DNA from: Octopus sinensis
Lineage: Eukaryota
NCBI RefSeq assembly: GCF_006345805.1
Contig: NC_043012.1
Location: forward strand, 11,656,001-11,720,000
Reading direction: 5' to 3'
DNA length: 64,000 nucleotides
Shown: positions 37,329 through 50,262 of the stretch, one piece after another
Position numbering within the stretch: position 1 is the first letter of the stretch
How the letters are laid out: the number at the start of each line of letters is the position of its first letter
Program-made: the position numbers and the translations under genes
The notes under the pieces: generated by a model
Seen by the model: only the letters and a program-made list of their open reading frames with translations
The model's database searches: none
What the model was told of the DNA's origin: nothing

Positions 37329-37640
37329 TCAGCACGTAAAAAGCACCATCCGAACGTGGCGGATTGCAGCGCCGCCTTGACTGGCTTCTGTGCTGGTGGC
37401 ACGTAAAAAGCACCAACCGATCGTGGCCGCTGCCAGCCCCCCTGGCACCTGTGCAGGCGGCACGAAAAAAGCACCCACTACGCTCAGAGTGGTTGGCGTT
37501 AGGAAGGGCATCCACCTGTAGAAACACTGCCAGATCAGACTGGAGCCTGGTGCAGCCTCCTGGCTTCCCAGACCCCTGTCAAACTGTCCAACCCGTGCTA
37601 GCACGGAAAACGGACGTTAAACGATGATGATGATGATGAT
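37329..37640 (+). mobile_element. SINE-like family E 3' part with ~60-bp internal repeats and (GAT)n tail
   Basis: gtggttggcgttaggaagggcatcca...ggacgttaaacgatgatgat; also at 54718 and 60815. Confidence 0.8.
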
Positions 37641-38350
37641 GATTCTCCCTCTTTGTTTCTTTCTCCTTTCTCTCTCACTTTCCCACTCTCTTACTCTTCC
37701 TTTCTCTCGAACTCTCCCTCGCTTTCTCTCGGACTCTCCCTCGCTTTCTCTTACTCTCTATCTTTATGTATCTCTCTCCCATTTACAACAAAAGATCTTG
37801 AGTAAGTTGAGAAATAAAATATTTAGAAAGATCAATCATAAATATCAGGCAGTTACAAAGGAAAGGTCTGCTTCAAGACAGACAGCAAAACACTAACATT
37901 TAAAAGGGACAGACGAACTTGCGAGCTGAATAAAAGTAATAAAATATTGGAAACCAAAGTTTGAAGGGATAGACTTTGAGGATAGTAGAGTCACCATGGC
38001 TGGCATTTCTTAACGACGGACAGCAACGTATTGACAGTTCAACGGCTGGCGTAAAAATTTGAACTTGATGTAAAAGAAAATCCCTAAAAACCAAGTTTTG
38101 ACTTGATTCTTTCTCACGACAGTAGACTCACGATGGCAAGCATTCAAAACTTCTTCATCATGGACGGCAACACATTGACGATTAAAAGGCTGGAGGAAAT
38201 TTTTTAGCTTGATGTAACAGAGAATTGCTAAACACCCGCTCCTTTAAATTTTAATCCCCTTCCAGCCCCATTTATACCCCTTTTCACCTTTTGGTTAATA
38301 TAACCCGATTTCATTTGGGTCTACTGGGGCCACATTTTATAAGATGAGGA

Positions 38351-38505
38351 CTCAACCAAGTTTCCCAAGTTCTGGTAATAGACCATAGAACACTCAACCA
38401 AGTTTCCTGATTTCTGGTCATAGACCATAGAACAGTCAAGCAAGTTTCCCGAGTTCTGGTCATAGACCATAGAACACTAGACCAAGTTTCCCGAGTTCTG
38501 GTCAT
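38351..38505. repeat. 42-bp minisatellite, ~3.7 copies
   Basis: Unit ctcaaccaagtttcccgagttctggtcatagaccatagaaca. Confidence 0.9.
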
Positions 38506-38750
38506 TTGCAGAATAAATAGAGACGGCGGAGGTGGCAGACGTCGTTGCAATGTAAACATGATTTGTTATAAGAGAAAGATTTCCAGATTGTGTGTTGGTG
38601 GTGTTGGTGGTGGCGATGATAATTATCATTAGGAAAAAGAGTGAGTGAGTGAGGAAGACATACATAAGTTGTGGCGATGATAATTGTAGACCCCTTTTCA
38701 CATTTTGATGAAGAGAACCCGATTTCATTCGGGTGTACTGGGGCCACATA

Positions 38751-38787
<37 letters not shown>

Positions 38788-39724
38788 ACGCTGTAGAAAT
38801 TAAATTAGAGATAAAACCACTAATAGGGAAATGAAACAGTAAAAAACCAAAAAAAAAACATAAAAATAAAAATATAATATTAGATATATGTATATATGTG
38901 TGTGTGTGTGTGTGTGTGTTGACAGGTAGACAATAGAATGCGATGGCGATGGGGATGGCTATGTAATATTTGTTACTGTCCATGAACGCTGATAGATACA
39001 TGAGTAAAATGTATAGGAAGGTAAGAGATAGAGTGAGTGAAAATGTTCTTGGAAGAGTGTAAATAGCGACAGATTGATTTGAGGAAGACTTTACATTAAA
39101 TAACGGTAGTTGCATTGTCAAATGAAGAGGAGTGACAGAGTACTGGAGGAAATAGGGTGAGGTAGGAAGATGGCCCCTAGCAACCACACCTTTTAAGATA
39201 GGGATTTCTAAGGTAGCCCAAGCGCATCGTCACCTCATTCTACATGTCCCTGTAAATTTTGGAGCGAATCGGACGGGATGTAGTGGCATTGAAAGCGAAC
39301 CAAGCGGTAAAAAGGCATTTCAGTTTTATATATAGAGATATATACATATATATATATCTTTTTTTTCATGTTTTACAATTTTACAATATTGCATGTTACA
39401 ATAACGCTAGTACTTTCATGTTGTCCGCAGTCTTAAGGTCTATTTAGAAGCTGCTTTAACATTTTTACAACAGCAGTGAAATAACTATTTCCTTGAAATA
39501 CTTTCTGACAAGCTCCAGCTGGTTGAATCTTATAATCATTATTTCAACCAATTATTACAGTTTGACGCATGCACTGACACAGCTGACATCGACAGAGCTT
39601 CCTCATTTAAAGTCATTTTAATCGATCAGGGTCATCTGCAAGGATTTAACTACATTCAGACACTTCTCAACGTCTGAAAACCGTCGAATACATTTAAATC
39701 AATACTGATAATATTTTTTTAAGA

Positions 39725-39940
39725 CAGTGAGCTGGTAGAATCGTTAGCACGCCGAGTGAAATGTTTAACGGCATTTTATCCGTCTTCATGCTCTGAGTTC
39801 AAATTCCGCCGAGGTCGAGTTTGTCTTTCATCCTTTCGGGGTCGACAAAATAAGTATTAGTTGAGTATTGGGGACGATGTAATCGACTTACTCCTGCCTC
39901 TGAAATGGCTGGCCTTGTGAGGAAAATTTGAAATCAATAT
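39725..39940 (+). mobile_element. Diverged Deu/Nin-type SINE
   Basis: Head gtgagctggtagaatcgttagcac plus the Deu-like segment. Confidence 0.8.
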
Positions 39941-39944
39941 TATT

Positions 39945-41040
39945 ATTTGTTTTTATTTCTTAATCTTATGTGTTATGCTGCTTCATTCTGCTGGATAGCA
40001 AGTCACATCCTGCAACCTTAGGTATTCAGCACCTTTCCCAAGATTCTTGCTGCTCCCCATAAACAGGCTAGCGGAATAAAAGAGAAGTTTATGTCATAAC
40101 CAAGATGTGCCTCGAAATTTCTGCTTACAATACTCAACGCGTCGATGACAAGCGACACCACCTTTACAGTGTTACATTCCCATAACTGCCCAATCTCATA
40201 TCTCAAATCATTGTAGTTATTAAGCTTTTCCTGTTCTTTCTCTTTCATTATGGTATCAAAAGGACATGCTATATTCACCATTATATATTCACGAGATATA
40301 TTGAGCAAGATAACGATGTCGGACTGTGAGTGTTCCATGACCTTATCCGTCTGCAATTTACAATTCCACAAGATCTTTGTGTTTTCATTTTCGAGCACCT
40401 TCTCTAACTTGTGATTATAGCAATTCCCACAATTCTTCTTACAGATTTCCCGATGCACGACATTCACTATCCTATTATGTCTCCATTTCTAATACCCATT
40501 TTGGTGCTAATTTGCGGTATTCTGAAACTACGTGTGTAACCGTTTCTTCTCTATCACCATACATCCTACTCTTCCTGTCAATATTTTCATTGTGAATGAC
40601 TTTCCTAATATTTCTCGTATGCAATGCTTGCTCCTTGGCAACCACAATCATTACTTCAATCTCTCTCTTCAAGCCACTTGTCTTCAGTCAGTTACAAAGA
40701 GTTTGCCATGCAAATGTTTATTATAATAGGCGTTTTCCCGTTCAGATCGATCGTCTTCCTTCTCCTTCCCACCATCAAAGATATTTTCCTTATATATCGA
40801 CTTAACATTTCTTTGCTTTCGTGGATATACTTTTTGAAATTGGCAACCTCCATATTCATGCAATCCTCAACCCTTATCATCCCTCGTCCTCCTTTCTCTT
40901 CTTCACGAATAACCGATGAACGTTTTCTTGGGGATGGAATGCCCTATATATCGAGAACAATTTTCTGGTCTTTTTGTCCAAGATCATTTGACCATAATTC
41001 GTCCACTTGGCTATACCACCTCAATACGTTGTGCCCATAA
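39945..41040 (-). mobile_element. R4/Dong LINE 3' ~1.1 kb (thumb, zinc knuckle, restriction-like endonuclease)
   Basis: KGGRGMIRVEDC; IVVAKEQALHTRNI; EETVTHVVSEY; TKILWNCKLQTD...SDIVI...NIACPFD...EKLNNYNDLRYEI...ARILGKVLNT. Confidence 0.88.
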
Positions 41041-41331
41041 GCCAAGAGTTAACAGTGGAGATAGTGTTTACTCCATTCAATTTCGATTTCAAGATCATCA
41101 TCTTCTTCTTCTTCTTCTTCTTCTTCTCCGGGCAAAATGATTAGCCTTATTTCGTCCATCTTTACGTCCTATGTTCAAATTCCGCCAAGTCTAACTTTGC
41201 CTTTCATCCTTTCAGGGACGATAAGTACCAGTTAAGAACTGGGGTCAAGGTAATCGACTTGCCTCCTCCAAATTTCAGGCTTTGTGCCTTTTGAAGAAAA
41301 GATTATTATTATTATTATTATTATTATTATT

Positions 41332-41885
41332 GAGTGAGAGAGCAGTTCATGCCATCAAAGTGACACTGGGGTAAAATATACGAAGCCCAATATACCCATC
41401 ATGACTACCCGTCTGATAAGGGTAAATCAGGCACATGCGTCACAACCATATGTGCGCGACATGGTGATCTCATATCAAGATAAACAGCGCATGACTTTGC
41501 AGGTGGGGCCCAGTTATAATTTTCTTCAGGTTGAGTAGCCCATCCCGCTCAAAAGGTCCCTGAATAAGGGTTGTTTAAGGATGTTGAAAGAACCACCCAT
41601 GTTTCCAGAGGTGAATTATTCAAATCCCAAAGAATCCCTCTCAACACATGGCTATGATGCTCCCCCACTACTTCTGCTCGTGATCAGAGATGCACATATC
41701 GTCAGCCACTAAGGGACATGCTCAACTGGTTAAGGTCAAACAACTGACAAGCAAATCTGTGATATTGAGCAAAATATTTGCTGTAGCCCATCTTTTATAC
41801 CAAGACAAAACAATGTACATGATAACACTTCCAATCAGTTAAGATCAGAAGCCATGAGAGCCACTGCCTGGTACTGCATCAGAGC

Positions 41886-41888
<3 letters not shown>
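41332..41888 (-). mobile_element. ~555-bp non-coding element flanked by (TAA)n on both sides
   Basis: (ATT)n at 41302-41331 and 41888-41941; homologous to 19844-20325; no ORF and no obvious Pol III boxes. Confidence 0.8.
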
Positions 41889-41940
<52 letters not shown>

Positions 41941-41941
41941 T

Positions 41942-42374
41942 CCTTCTTTCTTCAAATTTTCTTCCGTTTCTCGCCGAGTGTTTTCCGTACACTTAGGGCA
42001 GAGAAGCTCATTGTATGCATTCCCAGATTACACACGCAAATTCACAGGTAAAATATGTATTTAAAAAATTAATAAATAAATAAATTCATGGATGGATGTT
42101 GTTTTCACAGCGATAATGCTCTTCTCAGTACATGAGCCGTTCCAGTTAACACGATTTTTGCACTTCCTTTTGGGATGGTAAGCCTGGAATCATTTTCAAA
42201 TAGGTTTCAGTACCTTTTTTATCATTCCTACAGATCCTACAATCATTGGCTCTGTAGTCGCCTTGAGATGCCACATTTTTCAATTTCTATTAGCAAGTCT
42301 TTATATTTACTGATCTTGTCAAATTCTTTCGCCGCTATATTGTGATCGCAAGGAATACTCATGTCAATTAATAA
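41942..42374 (-). mobile_element. R4/Dong LINE 3' end
   Basis: LLIDMSIPCDHNIAAKEFDKISKYKDLLIEIEKMWHLKATTEPMIVGSVGMIKKGTE, then UTR and (TAA)n. Confidence 0.85.
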
Positions 42375-42379
42375 ACACA

Positions 42380-42478
<99 letters not shown>

Positions 42479-42483
42479 CATTA

Positions 42484-42559
<76 letters not shown>

Positions 42560-42785
42560 TATTAATTGTAGTAGTAGTAGCACCTTATGTATATATATGC
42601 GCGTGTATATATATATATATGTGTGTGTGTATGTATACATACATTTAGATATATGTATGTATGTGTGTATGCATGTATGTATATCGATAAACCACGTGCG
42701 CTGGCGAGAGATAGAACCCAATATCGTTAAAAAATAGAAGATTATATTTATTGATTAATATAAGTATAGAAACTTACAAATAAGC

Positions 42786-43869
42786 CTTTAAGTTTCTGTG
42801 TCAACATTTTGATGATCGTGGCACGTCTTCAGCTGCGCAATTACGGTGCGCGTGGAACAAACGATTCCAAAACATGAAAACACAGGCACCGCCGGTGGGT
42901 AAATAAAAACAACTCTCAGGCATTAGATCAGGCTTGATTGCAAAATCGGTCAAGGTAAAGCATTAGACCCAAGCAAAAAACACAAAAAAAAGCCGTGCAA
43001 TAGCTGTACAACAACATGTACTAAACGAATATGAAGGAAAAAAATGCGAGGAGGCGAACGGAGGGCGGGGGAGAGGACTCGTAAAATTCACATCGGGAAT
43101 GTTCCGAGTTCTCTCACCACTTCCCCCGTCCATCGGCGAATTTTTTTTTCTTCATATTCTTTTACTACACATTATCGAAAAATACCTTAGGAATGAGAAC
43201 CCAGGTTCGAAATTTCCTCAAGACACCCGATGAAGTCTGAAGGGTATATCAGTCAAAACGTTGTGTTAACAACAGACAAGATGAGGACAAATATCCATCA
43301 AATGAGGATGGGTGGGGTGCGGACTCGGATAATTCACACGATCCAGTAACCTCACTTCGACACCCAGTCACAAAAATGAAAAAAAAAATAGTGTAATGTA
43401 GTAAACGAATATGAAAAAAAAAAGCGCGCTGGCGAAGTGGGAGGGGCGGGCGGGGGAGAGGACCAGGACAATTCCCACGAACAAATTTTTTCCCTAAAAT
43501 GAATATTCTTCCCAACCCCACGGTTTCGGGTTCGCCAGCGCAAACCATTTTTTTTTTCATATTCGTTTACTTCATGTTGTTTTACACCTATTACACTATT
43601 TTTTTTTCATTTTTGTGACCGGGTGTTAACGTTGAGTTTTCGGATCCCGTGAGATTGATCGTGTGAATTTTCCGAGTCGTCTCCCCGCCCCTCCCGTTCG
43701 CCAGCACACATTTTTTTCATATTCGTTAACTACATGTTGTTTTACGCCTTTTGCACTATTTTTTAAAATGACCGCAAAATCTTGGCAAAAAACCTAATAC
43801 GCTTTGAAGCTAAAATAATACATTGAAGACGTGCAACGATCATCGAGTTCGTGTCAGAGAAACTTAAAG
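42786..43869. mobile_element. Foldback-like element with terminal and modular internal inverted repeats
   Basis: Outer IR ctttaagtttct...gatgatcgt.gcacgtcttca at both ends; an ~80-bp module occurs several times in both orientations. Confidence 0.65.
43172..43305 (+). mobile_element. PLE terminal fragment with a decayed hammerhead, inside the foldback
   Basis: 43223-43266 reads acac CCGAUGA A gucuga aggguaua ucaguc AAAAC GUU gugu. Confidence 0.55.
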
Positions 43870-44079
43870 TGCAACATGTACGTCTTCATACCTGTATCAA
43901 CGAATATATATATATATATATCTTCATGTACACACACACACACACACACACACGCATACATACGGCTGATTTCTCTATACAAGCAAGGCCATTGCTAGAA
44001 AGAATCATTGAAATGAGTGATGATAATGCAACGCGAGGTCCTTAAATGACTCTTGGGTCACCCAAAAGATTGTCACATT

Positions 44080-44765
44080 TTATTGCATGATGCACAGTTG
44101 TGCTGGCTGGCAGAAGGAACCGGCACCACAGTATGAAATCTTTTGATATATCATTTTTATCCTCCAACTAAACTGCACACCTTTCCCCAGATTGCACATG
44201 TTCTGTTGTCAACAATAGTTGTCCATAATTTACAAGGGGACGATTCCCGTGGTTTCTTTGATGGCTGACCAGACCAGCACAACTCACGTATTTCCTCCTA
44301 CAAATCACACATGTAACCATCAATACACCTTCATTTTTTAATGGTACATTCTTTCTAAGCTTTCTCCTGATCTTCTCATGCTTCATTCTCTCTCTCTCTT
44401 TCAAACTTCGAGCAACCACTGTGCACTCTTTTCCTCCATCTATTTCGGTCTTGCGCTTCTCTCTCCCAATCAATATCTGAAATACCTGTTTGTGTCAAAG
44501 CAGTTTTAAGGCAGTCTTTGAACCTTAATTTGGGTTTATATGCTGGCTTTTTACGACCTTAAAACTTGCCATACAAAAGTTGCTTAGGAAGTCTTATCAT
44601 TCATTCTCACCAGATATCCACCCCACATCAGACGATCTTGCAGAATGATCGATTCTACACTTCTGCTACGACTTCTATCAAGTACCTCTACATCACCGAT
44701 CGCCATTCTCCAGTTTATCCTAAGTATTTTCCGAAGACAAAGTTAATGGAATCGTTCTAAATGCT
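44080..44765 (-). mobile_element. RTE-clade LINE 3' fragment
   Basis: RFH*LCLRKILRINWR...SIILQDRLMWGGYLVRMND and a C2H2-like CVICRRKYVSCAGLVSHQRNH. Confidence 0.8.
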
Positions 44766-45018
44766 TGAAATGTTTACTATAAATAGTCCAAGTCTCACTT
44801 CCATAGAGTACTGATGGCAAAACACGTGTGTTATGAACCTTAACTTTAGTTTGGATAAATATGCTATGGCGTGACCAGAGACGGTTGTCAAGCCTACCAA
44901 AGGCATCACTAGCTGTGTTGATTCTCTCTCTCTCTCTTTCTCTCTCTCTCTATATATATACTTATATATATATATATATATATAATATTATATATATAAT
45001 ATATATATAATATATATA

Positions 45019-45054
<36 letters not shown>

Positions 45055-45734
45055 TGTATGTATGTATGTATACACACACACGCGCAGAGAGAGGGGGAGA
45101 AAGAGAGATATCCTTTATGGCAAATTTAGTATGTAATTATGCAAGATGGACCAATAACGATTTCATGAGTTTGAAATATACATTTAATATCTCTCAATTA
45201 ACAGATTACAGTAGGAATGAGAGATAAAGTGAGAGAGACAGAGACAGAGGAAGAGGGATAGAGAATATATGTGTGTGTATTCATATATATATGTATATGT
45301 ATGTATATACATGCTCATACACACACATACATGTACACACACATGCACACATATATATGAAGACTGAAAGAGAGACCTGCAGACAGACAGAGAAGAGGAG
45401 GGAGTGGTAGTTTACTTGCGTAAGTTTATGAAGGGAAGAAGCAGATGGAAGCAACGGATATTGTCAGAATTTATGTTCACTGGAGCTAGAAATGAATTTT
45501 GCTTAATGTGTAGCAGCAGTCTGTCGCAGGTTTCCGTGTTGTTATGGATATCGTTACCCTTAAAATACCTTTTTATGAAGAAAACGTAAGGGAAGCGTTA
45601 GGTCAGAATGCTTTCTAAAGCAACTTATTTTTCCCCCTAGATTTAGAAAAAAAAAAAGCCAAACCTGATGATCTTCCAGAAAGCTCCAAGTATTGCTGGG
45701 GAACAGAGGAATTAAGGAACCAGAAGTGATTTAG

Positions 45735-45965
45735 GCGTCGAGCTGGCAGAAACGTTAGCACGCCGGGCGAAATGCTTAGCGGTATTTCGTCTGCCGTTAC
45801 GTTGTGAGTTCAAATTCCGCCGAGGTCGACTTTGCCTTTCATCCTTTCAGAGTCGATAGATTAAGTACCAGTTACGCACTGGGGTCGATATAATCGACTT
45901 AATCCCTTTGTCTGTCCCTGTTTGTCTCCTCTGTGTTTAGCCCCTTGTGATCAGTAAAGAAATAA
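45735..45965 (+). mobile_element. Deu/Nin-type SINE monomer
   Basis: Near-consensus unit. Confidence 0.9.
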
Positions 45966-47111
45966 GAAAGGATTTAGTTAGAATTAGTTGTAATTGAAAC
46001 TGAAATTGTTTATTCAGAAGGTTTGGCCGTAATACTTATGACAATATGCATTCCGCTAAAAGCAGTTCAAGACCAAGTGGTTGATGTTAGACCGGGTCAC
46101 GGATGAAGTCCAGTACTCAAAGACAGACACAGAGTTTTCATTTCCAGCAATTTTTCTGCGTTTCTCATGGTTGACTGCTTGCTTCCTTGTAGTGGGATGG
46201 GGACTGAAAAGGAGCTGACATCTTGCCTCGTTTCATAAATTTACTTGGTTTTAAGCTTTACTGATTTTTCCAGCACATGACAAAGAAAGAACAGTTATAT
46301 GGAGGAAAACTTTATTTTGCTTCCTCATTAATAAAGAGGAGAGAGGAAAGATTGTGTATTTTGGAATTGGGTATTTGTCTATTTGAGAACGGTTGGGGTT
46401 TGGCCCATCTACTCTGTGTTTCTCTCCTCACTACTTAGACAGATATTGTAGTCTATGCTTCGCTAATGAGACTTAATAAGACGAAAGCGTATAGAGTTGT
46501 CTCCCATTAGCTACAAAAATGTTTAGGATAGCATTAGTCATTAATTTGATGTTGACTTATGTTCACCACGTAATTATTCTTCATTAGATATGTGATCTTC
46601 ATTCCATTAAATATATTTACTTAACTGTTTCTTTTTCGAACGGTGGACGTCGCTATTTAACTTCTGTTTCTGAATGTCGTAGATAACAATTGTTAAAAGT
46701 ACCGTGTAATGTGATCGAACCCGGAGCCAAACGAACGTTCTAATCACATGACCACGACTACAGATTGCTTCTTGGGTTTACCAAAAGAAATTGTGTCTGA
46801 ATAACGACTGTAAGCAATGTAGGGGAAATGTGCGAGTCGTGTTCATAAAGAACTAGGTTTTTATTCATTCCGGAGAGAGAAACAGAGAGATAGAGAAAAA
46901 TGAGGGTGGAGGAGAAGAGAGGCAGAAAATGAGAGGCTAAGGGTGGAAAAGATTGATGTATAGATCGTGAAAGAAAGAAGAGCTGGGTGAAACTACATTA
47001 GACAAGAAAAAAACAGAACTTCCACGCATTAATCTCTCTCGTTTCCTTCTGGAGACAACAGATATAAACAGATTATACAGATAGATAGACCGACAGAGTG
47101 ATAGATTGATT

Positions 47112-47177
<66 letters not shown>

Positions 47178-47472
47178 CAGAGAGTGTATGACAGGAAATG
47201 AGACCAAGACTGTGTAGTGTATGACAGGATATGAGAGCAAGTGTTGTATAGTGTATCACAGGATGTGAAACCGAAACAACAGGGAAATTGGTGCATTGTA
47301 TAGGTTCTAATGCAGCTTGTTTCTGCTCTTGCTAGACATGTCAGACGACACCACCCCGCCTTTAATTAACATTGTATCGAGGCCTATTCTTCACAAACAA
47401 TGTATTACAGCACAATGGTGCCTCACGAAACAATGGAATATCAGTCATTTAGTTCAACCTGCTTTTTTTTAA

Positions 47473-47508
<36 letters not shown>

Positions 47509-47510
47509 TG

Positions 47511-47541
<31 letters not shown>

Positions 47542-48309
47542 GTAATATTTTATACTAGTCTAATGAGTATACTTCATTTAGTCTGCTGATGTGTTGAGTA
47601 TAGCACTAACACAGTTTGGGCTATCTGGTGTCATCTGCAGTTGGGGTATATTTCTTTGGATCCAATTAGGAATTCCGCAGTGTTAATCGTAATAACAATC
47701 AAATAAGTAAACATAAAATAGAATCGGTATAACTCTTCATTTTGTGCGACGAACGTTTCGACCCATCCTGCAACTGTCCTTTATAGGCGGGATGCTGTGC
47801 ATCATACTTTGTTGCACCAATTTTGCAGTCTGCGTCACATCAGGTGCATTCATTCATAAAATGGTGTCTCGCTAAAGGTCTTGATTTTGGGCAGTCATGT
47901 AGTTATTTGGCTGTTCATTCCCAAGACTCCATCTTCTGTTTACTTATTGGATTATATACATATACATACATGCATGCATACATACAGGCATGCATATATA
48001 TATATATATATATATATATAAATCAGAGGTAGAACAGAAAGAACACAACAAACGGAAACCAACAAAACACAACATGCGGAAAAATAGACGATAGTACGAG
48101 AAAGAGCATACACACAGAGTATATATATACACACATATATATATATGCATGTTTGTATGCATGTATGTATGTATGTATGTATGTATATATATGATGATCT
48201 GGTTCTTGACTGATGACTGAGGGCTTCGAATGTCCCGTCCTGTGGTTCTTGTGTCGTCTCTGTGGTGTTTCATGTTCTTGTCCATGTCTGTAATTATTTT
48301 TACTGTTTA

Positions 48310-48354
<45 letters not shown>

Positions 48355-49544
48355 GTAAATGTATATATATGTATGTATGTATGTACACTCACAAGCACAC
48401 ATGCATCCATACATACATACACACACAAACATATATAATGATGATGATGATGATGATGATGACGATCTGATTTATAGTGTTGTTGGTAGTGTTGGTGGAG
48501 TTGTGGTGACGATGGAAGTGTTGTAGAAAATGATAGGGCTCTTGTTGTTGTTGTTGTTGGTGGTGGTCGTGGTGGTACACTTTGTAGCGTCAGAGACAAC
48601 GAGGGTTAGAAGTGCAGGTGTTGAAGGAAATTCTAATGGATGCGTGCGCGCGTGTGCATGCTTTTATACATACTGGTACACATACACACACATACACACA
48701 CATACACACATATACACACTCACATATACATGAATGTATACTTATACGTATGCCTGCGTTTCTAATTATAGACACCTACATAAATATTGTTATAAACATC
48801 TATATACATAATATACTTACATGCACACACATACATACATACACACACGCATACACACACGTACATATACACATATATAAATACATATACATACACATGG
48901 CCTGGACCAGTCTTTGGTCGAAACATATCTATGCTCGTATAGATAAACATATATATGTATGTGTATGGATATATGTAATATATACATATGTATTTAAACA
49001 CATATATACAAATATAAATATATAAACATATATACGTATATGGATATAAATATGTGTGGTCATGTTTGTGTATGTGTATATGTATGTATGCATGCACGTA
49101 TATGTGTGTGTGTGTGTGCGTGTGTTGATGGATTTAAATGAAACGGAAGTTTTAATTCTATTTAATATGATAGGCTTAATTGGAATGTTAGAAAGAGGGA
49201 GAGGGAGACGTATGTAGTGGCGGGTGGGGTGAGATACTGTTGATGGATAGAAGACATTAAAGACAGAGGGTAGTGTGAGTGAGAAAGAGAAGGAGGGAGA
49301 GTGTTTAGGTAAGGTAGAACGAGGGAAGGAAGGGGGCGGGCATTAGAAAAATACTAAAAGACGTAGAAAGAAAATGAAAGAGAAAGGAAAGAGACAGTTA
49401 ATGAGGTGTTGATAGATGCAATGTTGAAAGAATGGTAAGAGGAAGTTATTAATTGGTTAATGTTTAATTAGCATTTGAAAATAAGAGATTATCCCGATTC
49501 ATGAAACGAGAATGTTTCCTCTCTAAATGCCTGTATATTCTCAG

Positions 49545-49639
49545 GTAGTCTAAGGTCTGCTAACTCTACGTACGATTATGTTTCGCTGAGGAGGAGTCAT
49601 AACACTAAAACAAGTCTGAATCGTCGCCCTTCTTACTGA
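49545..49639 (+). CDS. Candidate terminal coding exon, unknown protein
   Basis: Acceptor tgcctgtatattctcag; phase-1 frame SLRSANSTYDYVSLRRSHNTKTSLNRRPSY*; followed by ~500 bp of unique AT-rich sequence containing ATTAAA. Confidence 0.2.
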
Positions 49640-50159
49640 AGATCGGACTCACAACACTAATGCTTCTAACCCTGCATAACATTTTTCGTTTGAGGTATAA
49701 TTTTAATTGATTAAAATATTTCCTTTTACCCGCTGCATGAAATATTAGTTATAGTAATGGTTATTAGACTTTAGGAGTCATCATAGGTACTTTAATTCTC
49801 TTTTTCCCTCTATATACATAGTCTTCATAGTCATCCTTTTAACCTAGTACCCGATATACTGCTCATCAATTCCTTCATATCAACGAGAAAGCTTTACGTA
49901 CTGGATATATTTCCCATTATATATTACACAGACCCGAAACGTACGTATTAAACGATTTCTAAGTACGAGCATTTGGTTTCATTTCATTATTACAACTTAT
50001 ACGATTCGATGCCGGTACAAACTAGCCAGTCCAGAATCCACTTATGGAGATACTCTAACAACGATTTAGTGCTGTTTGATACGAGTCGAAAATTCTGGTA
50101 CCACTTCTTAGTGCAACACGATATTACTATTAAGTTTTTTTTTCTTTGAATTCTTTCTC

Positions 50160-50260
50160 AGTTTATTTTCTCTTATTCTTTCCTGTTGAAGAGCGTAGGC
50201 TCGAAACGCAAAAGACTTTCTCACTTTCTTAAGCGCCAAACTAATACACCTGCTTGTTGT
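50160..50260 (+). mobile_element. Variant-hammerhead repeat (copy 4)
   Basis: CUGUUGA A GAGC guag GCUC GAAAC GCA aaagac; cleavage triplet mutated. Confidence 0.7.
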
Positions 50261-50262
50261 TC

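Larger units (their letters stand above)
37264..39338 (-). mobile_element. Non-autonomous Helitron-like element (~2.1 kb)
   Basis: Minus strand starts A|TC at 39338 and ends CTAG|T at 37264; ACCCGC/GCGGGT hairpin (37277-37295) lies 9 nt before CTAG. Confidence 0.6.

Noticed and set aside
46452-46496. Hammerhead-like CUAAUGA GACUUAAUAAGAC GAAAGC GUA
   Set aside because: G5 is mutated, stem III is broken and stem I is unconvincing; at most a fossil.
48195-48240. CUGAUGA...UUCGAAUGUC motif (second copy at ~51965-52000)
   Set aside because: GAAU replaces GAAA and there is no foldable stem II or stem I; the two loci are copies of a repeat but not a supportable ribozyme.
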